Assembly (NCBI GenBank): GCA_963728405.1
Contig: CAVSJV010000004.1
Location: 96,001 to 160,000 of the forward strand
Direction: 5' to 3'
DNA: 64,000 nucleotides
Source: Methanomassiliicoccaceae archaeon
GTDB taxonomy: Archaea > Thermoplasmatota > Thermoplasmata > Methanomassiliicoccales > Methanomassiliicoccaceae
This document shows positions 43,772 through 53,886 of the stretch, in pieces (position 1 is the stretch's first letter; each line of letters begins with the position of its first letter). Under the pieces are notes generated by a model. That model did not search any database, was not told the DNA's origin, and saw only the letters and a list, made by a program, of their open reading frames with translations. The translations under genes were made by a program, and so were the position numbers.

Positions 43772-45220
43772 GTGACAACTTTCACAGATCTACAGATCTC
43801 AAAGGAGATCATCAGGGCAATGAACGACATGGGATGGGAAGAACCTACGCCCGTGCAGATAGCAGCAATACCCGCAGGCCTCAAGGGTGGCGACATGTTC
43901 GCCCAGGCACAGACCGGGACGGGAAAGACCGGCACATACGGAACCATAATACTGGAAAGGATCAAACCCGGGATGAGGGCCGCATCCGCATTGGTCCTCG
44001 TTCCCACAAGGGAATTGGCCAATCAGGTCTCCGAGGAGTTAACCAAGCTCGCCAAGTTCACCGGCCACACATGCATCCCCATCTACGGGGGAGTGGGCAT
44101 CGGGCCTCAGGCAGCGAAGCTCAGGAAAGGCACGGACATCGTGGTGGCCACGCCTGGCAGGACCAAGGATCTCATAAACAGGAATGACCTGGATCTTTCG
44201 AAGATATCGGTCGTAATACTGGACGAGGCCGACCGCATGCTGGACATGGGCTTCGCCAAGGACCTCAATTTTATATTATCGAAGGTGCCCAAGAAGAGGC
44301 AGTCGCTGCTGTTCTCCGCGACCATGTCGCCGGACATTAAACATCTGGCGATGCGTCAGATGGTCAATCCCCAGGAGATACAAGTCTCTAAGGACGAGCC
44401 CGTCCTGGACCTGACCAAACAATATTATATCATGGCCAACAAGGACGAGAAGCGCGACGCACTCTGTACGATCCTAGATATCAACAATCCCAAGGCCATC
44501 GTGTTCTGCCACACCAAGCGCAAGGTCGATCAGCTGACGAAGAAGCTGCTGGCCTATAATTATCGCGTGGGTGCGATACACGGCGACGTCGCCCAGAACA
44601 AGAGGGAAAGGGTCATCAAGAGCTTCAAGGACGGTTCCATCAACGTCCTGGTGGCCACCGACGTGGCGGCCAGGGGATTGGATATCGACGCCGTGGACTA
44701 CGTTATAAATTTCGACGCGCCGAACGATCCGGACACCTACGTCCACCGCATAGGGAGGACCGGAAGAGCGGGGATGGAAGGCACCGCGGTATCGTTCTTC
44801 ATGGCAGAGGAGCGCCGGATGATCAAGGACATCGAGTCCAGGACTGGCAAGCCCATTGATCCGTTGGACATAAAGGTCGTGCACAGGCCCGAACCCGACA
44901 TCAAGAAGGTCATCGCGGTCCAGAACGTTCCTCAGGGAAGAGGAGTAGTGAGCCCGCCCACAAGGACGAACATGAACGGGCCTGCGGAGAATAGGGCATT
45001 CATCGAGATCAACTTCGGGAACGCGAACGGACTGAGCAAGGCCGAGATCGCAAAGCTGGTGAAGCTCGGCACCGACTTGTTACCCCAGGACATAGGAAAG
45101 ATCATCATGGGCGAAAGATACACCCACGTGGAAATAGTCGGGAAGGACGTGGGCAGGGTCACCACGGACCTCTGTGGTTACACCTTCAGAGGCAAGGCCG
45201 TACAAGCACGGGCGATCTAG
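43772..45220 (+). CDS. DEAD-box RNA helicase with C-terminal DbpA-type RNA-binding domain
   Basis: AQTGTGKT, PTRELA, DEAD, SAT, ARGLD, HRIGRTGR. Confidence 0.96.
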   Translation: MTTFTDLQISKEIIRAMNDMGWEEPTPVQIAAIPAGLKGGDMFAQAQTGTGKTGTYGTIILERIKPGMRAASALVLVPTRELANQVSEELTKLAKFTGHTCIPIYGGVGIGPQAAKLRKGTDIVVATPGRTKDLINRNDLDLSKISVVILDEADRMLDMGFAKDLNFILSKVPKKRQSLLFSATMSPDIKHLAMRQMVNPQEIQVSKDEPVLDLTKQYYIMANKDEKRDALCTILDINNPKAIVFCHTKRKVDQLTKKLLAYNYRVGAIHGDVAQNKRERVIKSFKDGSINVLVATDVAARGLDIDAVDYVINFDAPNDPDTYVHRIGRTGRAGMEGTAVSFFMAEERRMIKDIESRTGKPIDPLDIKVVHRPEPDIKKVIAVQNVPQGRGVVSPPTRTNMNGPAENRAFIEINFGNANGLSKAEIAKLVKLGTDLLPQDIGKIIMGERYTHVEIVGKDVGRVTTDLCGYTFRGKAVQARAI

Positions 45221-46086
45221 ATCAATGCATCGAAAGTCTCCCAAGAGTCCCTGGGCGGGTTCGTCATGAGATAACATCCAGCTGTGGATGTTCTTCTCGA
45301 GAGGTCCCACCGAACCATGTAAGGCAAGAAACGAGCATCAGGGCGACAAAAGCAAGTGGAAATCAATACACAACAGCCCGCATGCATATTCCCCCAGATC
45401 GAATTCAAAGATGAGGTGACTGGATATGCATAATGGTGCGGGCGCCGGCATTCATCATGCCATAATCTCTTAAGTTTTCTATTAGTAGGAACTTTGGGCA
45501 AACCACTTTGTATGCCCACATCGGAAAAGGAGTGTTCATTATAAAGAAATGGACCCCTAGGTTTGCCTGATCCATCATTCGGCGTTATTGATACATTCTT
45601 AGGTGAGAGGGCTGGCGTTGACTGTGCCATCCCCCATTATCTGATTCGCGTTAGCATATCATTCCGTATGTGCTGATATTTGTGTTCAAACCACAAACCA
45701 AGTACCACGACGAAAGCTAGAATCGCCGGGAGAGACTGGACCATATTTGTAGACGCATCATCCATGCCTAGATAGTATCCGCCAACTTAGAGAAGGGCAG
45801 CCGCCACTATGCACTCCGAGAATGAACGGAAAGTATCCTGGGGATTCTTGATCTCATTGCTAATTGGTCTTGGAGATTGCTTTGGATCCTTCCATTGTTC
45901 AAGAAGGGCCGGTGGATTTCTCAACCATGCCTTCGGATATTTGGCAGATACGGGGCCGCCTTCGCTCAGAACAAGAAAGATAAATATTCTCTCTCGGAAA
46001 ACTATGAGAATCAGAATAATCTCCGATAGAGCGCGAACAATTAGGGAGAGAGAGGCAGGCTGGAGAATCGGCACTGACACGTGCAT
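45217..46086 (-). pseudogene. Decayed membrane/surface-protein fragments, lower GC
   Basis: Hydrophobic segments broken by stops and shifts (IVAAALL*VGGYYLG..LPAILAFVVVLGLW; FPLAFVALMLVSCLTW). Confidence 0.3.
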
Positions 46087-46226
46087 GAATCTCTCCCCTT
46101 CGCGGCTCTGAAAGCATCAGTTAGGTCATCGATATGGCTAGCCTAAAAATATCTATTACCTATGCTCCGCTCCTCAAGTACTACTTTTTGATTTAACGCA
46201 AACGATTAATGTCTGGATGAGAAGGG

Positions 46227-46304
46227 TGGCGCACACGGGGGGATTCGAACCCCCGACTTGCAGCTTAGGAGGCTGCCGCCATATCCAAGCTAGGCCACGT
46301 GTGC
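46227..46304 (-). tRNA. tRNA-Arg(CCT)
   Basis: Acceptor GCACACG/CGTGTGC, anticodon arm GCAGC-CTCCTAA-GCTGC, GGTTCGAATC, encoded CCA. Confidence 0.95.
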
Positions 46305-46358
46305 ATTAGTGTGTCGAAAGAAGATGGGATAGAAAAGGTTTGGGTTAGAGGTTTGGAC

Positions 46359-47126
46359 TTACTTGTCCTGGGGGATCTCTTCCGGAGCGATCTCCTCGGG
46401 AGCGGCCTCTTCCTTGGGGGCCTCGGCCTTGACGTACTCCTCGATGAAGCGCACGTTCTCGGCCTTCATGGCCTCGCGGAGGTCGGCGACCACACGGTAT
46501 TTTGCAAGCAGCCACTTCTGGTCATACTTGCAGACGTCCGGCAGGACCAGGCTGATGACCTTGCCCTCGACGGTGATGCCGAAGCCTTCGGAGGTCCCAT
46601 AGTCCATCTCCAGTACGGCCTTGACCATCTCGTCGTCGTTCTGGGCCTTGGACAGCACCTTGAAGTGGTACTTCAGGTTCTTGCCCGCCAGGCGGCGGTT
46701 GAAGTCGACGCGGACGCGACCAGCAGTAACAGCGGTTACGGTGCCCATGCGGTTCTTGATGTTGATCTCCATGCCGATGTGCGGCTCGACTTCCTGTCTC
46801 AGGAACTCCCTCAGGGGGATCATCTCGACCAGCTTGGGGTCCCGAGGACCGGCGGCCTTCTCGGAAGGGATCACGAGGTCGTATTCCTTTCCGATCTCTG
46901 CGTTCTCCAAGGCCTCCTCGAGGCCCGGGAAGATCCTGCCACCGCCGACCAATACGGGGATGGCACTGTATACGATCTTCTCGTTGTATACGCCGGCGTC
47001 CTTGGCGGTCTGAGCGTTGGTGGTATCGAACAGCTCGTTCGAATCCTCGACCCAGCCGTCAAAGTCCATGCGTACGATATCTCCCTTGGCGACCTTGTCG
47101 GCGTGGTTGTGTTTTGCGTTGGACAT
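46359..47126 (-). CDS. Long-type archaeal FKBP peptidyl-prolyl isomerase (SlyD-like)
   Basis: LFDTT, GLEEAL, AAGPRDP, VDFNRRLAGKNL. Confidence 0.92.
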   Translation of the reverse strand: MSNAKHNHADKVAKGDIVRMDFDGWVEDSNELFDTTNAQTAKDAGVYNEKIVYSAIPVLVGGGRIFPGLEEALENAEIGKEYDLVIPSEKAAGPRDPKLVEMIPLREFLRQEVEPHIGMEINIKNRMGTVTAVTAGRVRVDFNRRLAGKNLKYHFKVLSKAQNDDEMVKAVLEMDYGTSEGFGITVEGKVISLVLPDVCKYDQKWLLAKYRVVADLREAMKAENVRFIEEYVKAEAPKEEAAPEEIAPEEIPQDK

Positions 47127-47334
47127 TAAATCACCTGAATCAATAGCTGAATATGAGTTGGTGTCATTAATTCGTTGATTTTATACTTTTTGGTATTGTG
47201 AGATCGAAATATTGACTTGAATGGCTAGTGTGCTGTCTCATCAAAAATTGAATATGTCATTTGACAGTTTAATGAATAAAAATATAAAAGGTTAGGAAAA
47301 GGTTTCTTTCCATTGCATCAGCTCACTAAGCTGC

Positions 47335-48012
47335 TTAGGCGTTTGAGCCATCCTGGCTGACTACTTCCCAGCTGATGGTGTACTCGCCAGATACGGCGAA
47401 GGTCACAACATAGTAGAGATCAAAGGTGAATGGGGTAGCGGCATCTGCGGGACTGACATCGAACCCGTTGATATTGTTCTCCACATATCCGAGGAGATAA
47501 TCACCATATGTCTCTAGGTGGATCGGAACCCAATGGACCAATGGGGCATTAGGGTTAGGTGAGATCGTACCCACATCATCCTCGCCGTTGGTCGAAGCCG
47601 TGATATCGGTGACGAAGCACTCCTTTAATGAAACATCAGTGCTTCTGACGGCCGTTCCGTCAGCATTCGTAATCTTGATGGCGATGACCATATTATCATA
47701 GCTGGATTCACAAGTCACCGTTGTCATCGTATCGTAGATTGTTCCTTCAGCGGTGTTTATGTTGTCAGCGTAGTCTTCTATTCCGGGATAGTCATTGCCA
47801 AGGTCAGCAGTCGGGTGGGCTACTCCAAGAGCAGCGAGGTCTGCGTCTGCTGGGTCCGTGAACAAAACCGAATTCGGGTTGCCAATCACCACTTCATTGG
47901 TCGACGTGCCAGAGCTTACGATAACTGAGATGGCAGCGCCCATCATCGAGCATCCGATCATAACGGCAACGAGACCGAACAGTATCGGGCTCATCTTTCT
48001 GGTAATTTTCAT
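47335..48012 (-). CDS. Secreted or membrane-anchored acidic beta-rich protein
   Basis: Basic N-terminus plus hydrophobic helix; D/T/N-rich body. Confidence 0.75.
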   Translation of the reverse strand: MKITRKMSPILFGLVAVMIGCSMMGAAISVIVSSGTSTNEVVIGNPNSVLFTDPADADLAALGVAHPTADLGNDYPGIEDYADNINTAEGTIYDTMTTVTCESSYDNMVIAIKITNADGTAVRSTDVSLKECFVTDITASTNGEDDVGTISPNPNAPLVHWVPIHLETYGDYLLGYVENNINGFDVSPADAATPFTFDLYYVVTFAVSGEYTISWEVVSQDGSNA

Positions 48013-48158
48013 TGTGCATCAACTCCTTCCATGCCCTCGTCGGTCGAGAGCCCACCTAGGCGCATCTGCCTCCGGAAGTTGTAGATGGAGCGGGCCCCTA
48101 GGATCACCATGGCCGCCCCAACTAGGAGGGCGATGTACCATACAGTCATGTCTGCCAT
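48009..48158 (-). CDS. 49-aa single-TM microprotein (not in the ORF track)
   Basis: MADMTVWYIALLVGAAMVILGARSIYNFRRQMRLGGLSTDEGMEGVDAQ; its TGA overlaps the next ATG (ATGA). Confidence 0.6.
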   Translation of the reverse strand: MADMTVWYIALLVGAAMVILGARSIYNFRRQMRLGGLSTDEGMEGVDAQ

Positions 48159-48184
48159 ATTTTACACCAGTTTTCGGGGCACTA

Positions 48185-48228
48185 GCCCTTTATTTATGTA
48201 AAAAACAATATTTTGCAATATAAAGGGC
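48185..48228. promoter_or_regulatory. Inverted repeat around an AT-rich divergent promoter
   Basis: GCCCTTTAT ... ATAAAGGGC. Confidence 0.4.
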
Positions 48229-48388
48229 CGCCACCTCGGAATCAGCTCTGATAAATACAATTCTGAATATCTATTACACTACATTTTTTTACTAAATCCC
48301 ACCATGTGGGTGGAGCAGGACTTCTCATCCACAGGATGTGGTCATCGACCCATCCAGAGCACCTGTCGCCAAAACGGCTAGGACGAGC

Positions 48389-48739
48389 ATGAAGAACAAG
48401 AGCAAGCTGCGCGAGACGGGTATCGAGAACCTGAAGATCATGCCCGATCCCAACGACACCATCCTCTACCTTGAGGGAGGGAAATGGTACAGCTGGGTTT
48501 GCATCATTCAGCTCACCGATGATGAGCGCGATCAGCTCGTGGAAGTGCTTCAGGGCCTCAAGGCTAAAAAGGAGGCTCGGAAGGCCAAGCTCAAGAAAGC
48601 TGCCACTGAGCCCGAGCATGAAGAACCCAAATTCAATGCGGCCAAGGTACTGAAGCAGGCCCAGGACAAGGCAGGGGAGGGTTTGGCCGAGAACATGGTG
48701 GTCAAGGGTCTTCCTGCGGAGAAAGGAAAAGCCGTTTGA
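48389..48739 (+). CDS. Hypothetical protein with Lys/Ala-rich helical C-terminus
   Basis: 116-aa ORF with host-like codon usage. Confidence 0.55.
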   Translation: MKNKSKLRETGIENLKIMPDPNDTILYLEGGKWYSWVCIIQLTDDERDQLVEVLQGLKAKKEARKAKLKKAATEPEHEEPKFNAAKVLKQAQDKAGEGLAENMVVKGLPAEKGKAV

Positions 48740-48786
48740 CCGTCTTTATTAGCCCTGGGCAGCATCGGTACGGCGATCTTGCCTGA

Positions 48787-49510
48787 TCATCCGAGGCCGC
48801 ATTTCAGCCCGCCAATAGGGGTCAGCGATTCGACCGTTCTACTATCGAGGACCTTGACAAGCTCAACTAGCAGCCGGAGAGACGATTCTATGTCGGCCAG
48901 GGTCCGCATCAGCTCGGCGGCCAGGAACGCGCCGATGCGATTATCGAGCGCTTTACCGAACGCCAACGCCCTTTCCCCCTCCCTGATGCCGTCACGGAGC
49001 CGGGGCTTGACGGCGATGAAGAACTTAGAGTCGGGCACCACGGCATCACCGGGCCGTACGCCCATCACCACTACCTCATCCTTGTTGGAGGCCCCGATGT
49101 CGATCTGCATGTTCTGCATGGCGGGTTTCTCCCCGTTCTTGTCGCTCACGTGCGGAGGCGAGGGGGACACGATGACGCCGTGGACCAGGCCCTTGCGGGT
49201 CATCAGCTGCACCCTCTTGTCCAGCTAGGGTGTATTCCGACCAGTAACTGAGGTTGTTGAACGAGATGCACCCATCGGCATTGATCGAGGTGATGACGAA
49301 CCCGATCTCGTCGATGGGGCCAGGGGAGCGGGATGGTAGGAGAATCGGCCGAACCCCCCTAGTATAGACCGGGCTGCCCATCTAGTCCGTGGCCATCCCG
49401 CCGACATGCAACTGGACATAGCTCCCTGATGGCCAGAGCGACCTCCCGCTCGAATCCTGAAGGGCCGGAGAGATCGGAGAGATGCTCAAGGAAATGAAGA
49501 GGGGTCGGAT
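48787..49510 (-). pseudogene. M42 (TET-type) aminopeptidase pseudogene
   Basis: LSGPSGFEREV, DEIGFVITSI, QIDIGA, GVRPGD, GKALDNRIG in different frames; stops; C-terminus missing. Confidence 0.8.
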
Positions 49511-49791
49511 TAATGATCCGATATGCCTCGAGTCCAACAAATGATATTCCGTTAGCCTGACAAACTGGGGTAGAAATCGGGGACCTGATCTCAGCCCTGC
49601 ATTTCAGGTCACTAAGATCGAAGAGACCTACTAATGCCGACCTCCTATTCCGGCCGGCGACGGCTCAGACCTTCAACGATGGCCCGAAGAGATGCACATT
49701 GTGCACGAAGCGGTGCGGCCTAACCGTTCGTATAAAAAATAATGAAAAGCAGCAGTATATAAATTGACCATAAGTTAGCAAATACGATAAA

Positions 49792-50709
49792 ATGTTGAAT
49801 TATGGTGAGAAAGAGAGATTGTACAATGATCTAGTTAAGAAACGAAGGGACTGCAACCCAGAAGATAATTTAAGCTGTTCCAATAAGGTGAAATGCCCAG
49901 ACAAGGACGACCTCCCCGCAGGTCGCTACATGTCACTCGTAAATGTAGCAGAGGCAGCCAGACAGATCGGCGGGGATGACCTTCAGATCGGCCCAAGGAG
50001 TGCCCTTCACAATAACCTAGATGCGCCTGTTCTGATCGTCCTACAGGATTTTGGGACGGTCGGCTATTATCAGGACCAGTACAGCATGCAGATACGGACC
50101 CATGGGGAGTTCAAAGGCCACATGATGCCCGAGAACAAGAAGGATGGGTGGGATGGAAAAGAAGGTAGGACCCCCACAACGAATCACTTGGAAGAATCTG
50201 TTAAAAAGCTTGTAGGGAGTGACTTTACATTTAACGCGATCGATCCAAAAAATCGAGTTTTTATCACGGACTCATGTCTATGTTTAAAGAACGAGGTCAT
50301 TAAGAATGAAGAGGGGGCCTGGGTGACCGATCGCTCACAGGGATATAGGTCTGGCTCATTCGGTAAAAAATGGTCTACAGAATGCTGCCAGCGCTTCATG
50401 CACAATGATGACCACACCGGTCTCATTGACATAATCTCCCCAAAGGTGGTCCTGGGGATCGGTAAGCATGCGACAGAAGGCGTTCTGAGCAGCTATGGGA
50501 AGAAGGTTACAGGGGACTACTACTCCGTTGTAAAGAATGGCCAGAATGGCATCAAGCTAGAGGGCCGAACCCGGCTCTTTCCAGTATTCCATACGAGCGA
50601 TCTGGCAACAGACCAAAGAAGTAGGCTGTCGATGGATATACACGGAAACAACGATGATGAAATGGCCGACTGGAGGGGCGTTAAAAGATATTATAAAAAG
50701 GCTCGGTGA
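49792..50709 (+). CDS. Uracil-DNA glycosylase superfamily protein, divergent, lower GC
   Basis: VLIVLQDFG, FITDSCLCLK, SPKVVLGIG, LFPVFHTS in UDG motif order. Confidence 0.7.
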   Translation: MLNYGEKERLYNDLVKKRRDCNPEDNLSCSNKVKCPDKDDLPAGRYMSLVNVAEAARQIGGDDLQIGPRSALHNNLDAPVLIVLQDFGTVGYYQDQYSMQIRTHGEFKGHMMPENKKDGWDGKEGRTPTTNHLEESVKKLVGSDFTFNAIDPKNRVFITDSCLCLKNEVIKNEEGAWVTDRSQGYRSGSFGKKWSTECCQRFMHNDDHTGLIDIISPKVVLGIGKHATEGVLSSYGKKVTGDYYSVVKNGQNGIKLEGRTRLFPVFHTSDLATDQRSRLSMDIHGNNDDEMADWRGVKRYYKKAR

Positions 50710-50714
50710 AGGGA

Positions 50715-50741
50715 AGGGGCAGATCAGAGGTGCCCTTTTTT
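50715..50741 (+). terminator. Hairpin plus T tract after the UDG-like gene
   Basis: AAGGGGCA-N9-TGCCCTTTTTT. Confidence 0.5.
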
Positions 50742-51185
50742 AATGGCGCTTCCCTGCCACATTTGGATCCCCATTGTTATTTGGGAAGTGGAGAACCTTG
50801 GCCATTGAGAACCATGACCGAGTTTGGATGATCGTCATGTTCCCATTCCCCCCGACCGAGAATGAGCCGAGGGGGCGATCGCTAGGTTCAAGCGCGACGG
50901 TCTCGCGCCACTGGCCACCGCAGGTCATCACTGCGGATCCATCCGGGGGTTGGCGAGGAACTGGACAAGAACAGGATGATCGCCGACGCCACTGAACCGA
51001 CCTACATCGAGTGGCCTGGCACCGACCATGAAGAGGATTGGCCGAGGCCCCGTCCCTCGGAGTTTGACCGGCCATGGTGGGTGATGGAAATAGTTATTTC
51101 TAGCGACCGGACAAGATTGGACCGGACCTCCGAATAAGGTCCGTTCGCAAAAAGTTAAATGGTCGGGCCATATTCGAGGACTCAA

Positions 51186-51262
51186 GCCACCATAGCCCAG
51201 CCCGGTAGAGCGGCTGACTTGTAATCAGCAGGCCGCGTGTTCGAATCACGCTGGTGGCTCCA
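51186..51262 (+). tRNA. tRNA-Thr(TGT)
   Basis: Acceptor GCCACCA/TGGTGGC, anticodon arm GCTGA-CTTGTAA-TCAGC, GTTCGAATC, CCA; GTTAAAT box upstream. Confidence 0.95.
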
Positions 51263-51274
51263 CATCCATATTCA

Positions 51275-52074
51275 ATGATGAGAGAAAAACTAACAAGAAG
51301 TGCTGGGATGCGGTCGTGTCCATTCACGCCCGCTCCCGCTTTTACGACCTTATCTCGTTCAAGGCCGGTCGGTCCTCCTTATTGCCGATCGAAGAAGAGG
51401 GAACTTAGGAGCGTCTCGGGTCAGAGTCTCTTGCACTTCCAGTGTCACTTCGGCATAGACACCCTTTCATGGGCGAGGAAAGGAGCGAGGGTCAACCGAT
51501 GTTGACGTCTAGGGGGAAGCCATCGCCCTAAGCCCGCTCCCAGTCCCCGGAGTTGAAGATCGAGGCACACTTCATCGAGAGTGACATCAGCGAGCTGCGG
51601 CCCAAGCTCGATGAAAAGTTAGACATCGCCTTTACGGCCTGCGGCGCCATCTGCTGGCTCCCTGACCTGACCGCTTGGGCGAGGTTTGTGGCCTCCTACC
51701 TCAAGGAAGGAGGGGAGTTCTGCGTGACAGAGGGGCACCCCTTCTCGGAGATGCTGGACGACCACAGCGAGACCTTCATGCTCAGCACCCCCTACTTCCA
51801 TAACGGCCAGCCGATCCGGTACGACAACACGGAGACCTATACCGACGCGGACGGCCCGGTAGAGGTCATCCCCAGCTACGCGTAGTTGCATATCATGGCC
51901 GACATTATCTCCTCGCCCACGGCGGTGGGACTTCGGATCGAGTTCGTCCATGAGTTCGATTTCTGCTTCTTTCCGAGGCTGCCCGGGATGGTCGGAAGCG
52001 AGGACGGGCTGTGGTGCACCCAGGGCGACGGGGGGTCGTTCCCGCTCACCTTCTCGCTGAAAGCAGCGCGTTAG
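51275..52074 (+). pseudogene. Class I SAM-dependent methyltransferase pseudogene
   Basis: NKKCWD..IH, LLHFQCHFGIDTLSWARKGA, GAICWLPDL..W, EGHPF, FPLTFSLKA; several frameshifts and in-frame stops. Confidence 0.8.
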
Positions 52075-52418
52075 AGCCAGATGGTGTCGTCGTCACGGTA
52101 GTTGACCTTCATCACCAGAAAGCCGAAGTCCTCTTCTACTAGGGGCATGCCGTGGACCTCTCCAGGTTCGCACACGATGACGTCCCCTGCCTCAGCATCG
52201 ACCTTTTGACCGTCGATGGTTATCGAACCTTTGCCGAGCACAAAGAAGACCTCCGTCTGAACCTTATGATAATGCGGCGGGATGGTGGCGCCCCTTATGA
52301 ACCGGACCTCCTGTAACCGGTCGATCTCTCGCGGCAGGAACTCGTCGGCCAGTAGTTTCCTCTTGCTGTATCCTTTCCCCTGTTCCCAGGAGCGGCTCGC
52401 GGCCCTCAGGTGCTTCAT
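52071..52418 (-). CDS. Cupin-domain protein
   Basis: PPHYH..TEVFFV, GDVIVCEPGEVH. Confidence 0.88.
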   Translation of the reverse strand: MKHLRAASRSWEQGKGYSKRKLLADEFLPREIDRLQEVRFIRGATIPPHYHKVQTEVFFVLGKGSITIDGQKVDAEAGDVIVCEPGEVHGMPLVEEDFGFLVMKVNYRDDDTIWL

Positions 52419-52422
52419 CCGA

Positions 52423-53748
52423 TCACTTTGCCGCATCCCGGAACGCTGAATCCAGGATGTCCATGGCCTCGTCGATGAAGGCCTCATCCACTATCAGGGG
52501 CGGGATATAACGAATGGCCGAGCGACCGGCGGGCAGCAGCATGAGGCCGCGCTTGTACGAAAGCTCGACGACCTTGTTCCTCGCCTCGATGGCATACTCC
52601 TTGGTCTGGCGGTCCTTGACCAGCTCGGTCGCCTGCATCAACCCGAGGCCGCGGACGTCGCCGATGATCTGGTGCTTCTCCTGCAGTTCCCGAAGCCGCC
52701 TGTTCAGATAGTGCCCCATCTTCTCGGAATTCTCAATGAGCCGGTCCTCCTTAATCACCTCAAATGTGGCGAGGGAGGACGCACAGGCCAGCAGATTCCC
52801 GCCGAAGGTATTGGAATGAGCGGATGGGCCGAAGTCCATGTACCGCGGAAATATGGTCGCGGCGATAGGCACGCCGGAACCGAGCGACTTGGCCGAGCAG
52901 ATGATATCCGGGACGACGTCGAAATGCTCAATCGCCCACATCTTGCCGGTGCGTCCCATTCCCGCCTGCACCTCGTCATCGACCAGCAGGATGCTGTGGC
53001 GCTTGCATATCTTCGAAAGCTCCTGGACGAAATCCTTGGGTGGTACTATATAACCGCCCTCACCCTGGACCGGCTCCAAGAAGACGGCCGCGACCTCCTC
53101 GGCGGGGATGTACGATTCGAAATATGTTTCCTCGATCATCTTGGCACACTGGGTACCACAGCTTCCTTTCTCCAGCTTGTATGGGCAGCGGTAGCAGTTC
53201 GCATAGGGGACGTGTTCGACCCCGGGGACGGTGGGAAAGAACCTCTCCTGCTGTATCGATTTGGACGACGTCAGGGAGAGCGAGCCCATGGTCCGGCCGT
53301 GGAAGCAGCCGATGAACGCCAGATACCTCTTCCGTTGGGTATACCATCGGGCTAGCTTCATGGCCGCCTCGACGGACTCGCTACCGCTATTGGAAAAGAA
53401 CACCTTCTTCTCGATCTTGCCTGGTGTCACCTCATCGAGCTTCTTCGCCAGCTTCACCTGCGCATCATAATAGAAGTCCGTGCCAGCGAAGTGAAAGAGC
53501 TTCTCTGCCTGCTCCTGCACCGCCTTGATGATGCGAGGGTCGGAATGCCCTACGTTCATGACCGAAATGCCGCAGACGAAGTCCAGGAAGGTGTTGCCAT
53601 CGACGTCCGTGACCACGCCCCCCTTAGCATGAGCGACCGCCACCGGAGAGGTCTTGGTACTGGTCGCGATGTACCGGTGGTCCGCTTCCACGATCTCCCT
53701 GGCCTTCGGGCCTGGCGGTTCTGTCACGATGTTAGCGATCCGTCCCAT
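52423..53748 (-). CDS. Class III PLP aminotransferase (GabT/acetylornithine-like)
   Basis: SNSGSES, FHGRT, EPVQGEGG, DDEVQAGMGRTG, SAKSLG. Confidence 0.92.
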   Translation of the reverse strand: MGRIANIVTEPPGPKAREIVEADHRYIATSTKTSPVAVAHAKGGVVTDVDGNTFLDFVCGISVMNVGHSDPRIIKAVQEQAEKLFHFAGTDFYYDAQVKLAKKLDEVTPGKIEKKVFFSNSGSESVEAAMKLARWYTQRKRYLAFIGCFHGRTMGSLSLTSSKSIQQERFFPTVPGVEHVPYANCYRCPYKLEKGSCGTQCAKMIEETYFESYIPAEEVAAVFLEPVQGEGGYIVPPKDFVQELSKICKRHSILLVDDEVQAGMGRTGKMWAIEHFDVVPDIICSAKSLGSGVPIAATIFPRYMDFGPSAHSNTFGGNLLACASSLATFEVIKEDRLIENSEKMGHYLNRRLRELQEKHQIIGDVRGLGLMQATELVKDRQTKEYAIEARNKVVELSYKRGLMLLPAGRSAIRYIPPLIVDEAFIDEAMDILDSAFRDAAK

Positions 53749-53886
53749 TTTATCTTAGCTCCAATATGCGACCGATGGCCTTCCGCCCTATTTGCCGTTT
53801 TCCGGTCCGCGATGGTAGTTGTTCGCTCTCGGAACTTTTTCCCCAAATACTAATACTGGTAGCTCCAAACAAGTTACTGGTAGGTC

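Noticed and set aside
46227-51262. Intact integrated element bounded by the tRNAs
   Set aside because: I saw no duplicated 3' end of either tRNA and no intact integrase, and the core FKBP gene lies inside the interval.
51883-51885. In-frame TAG in the methyltransferase as a pyrrolysine codon
   Set aside because: The gene has several other frameshifts and stops, and the position fits a TGG-to-TAG nonsense change.
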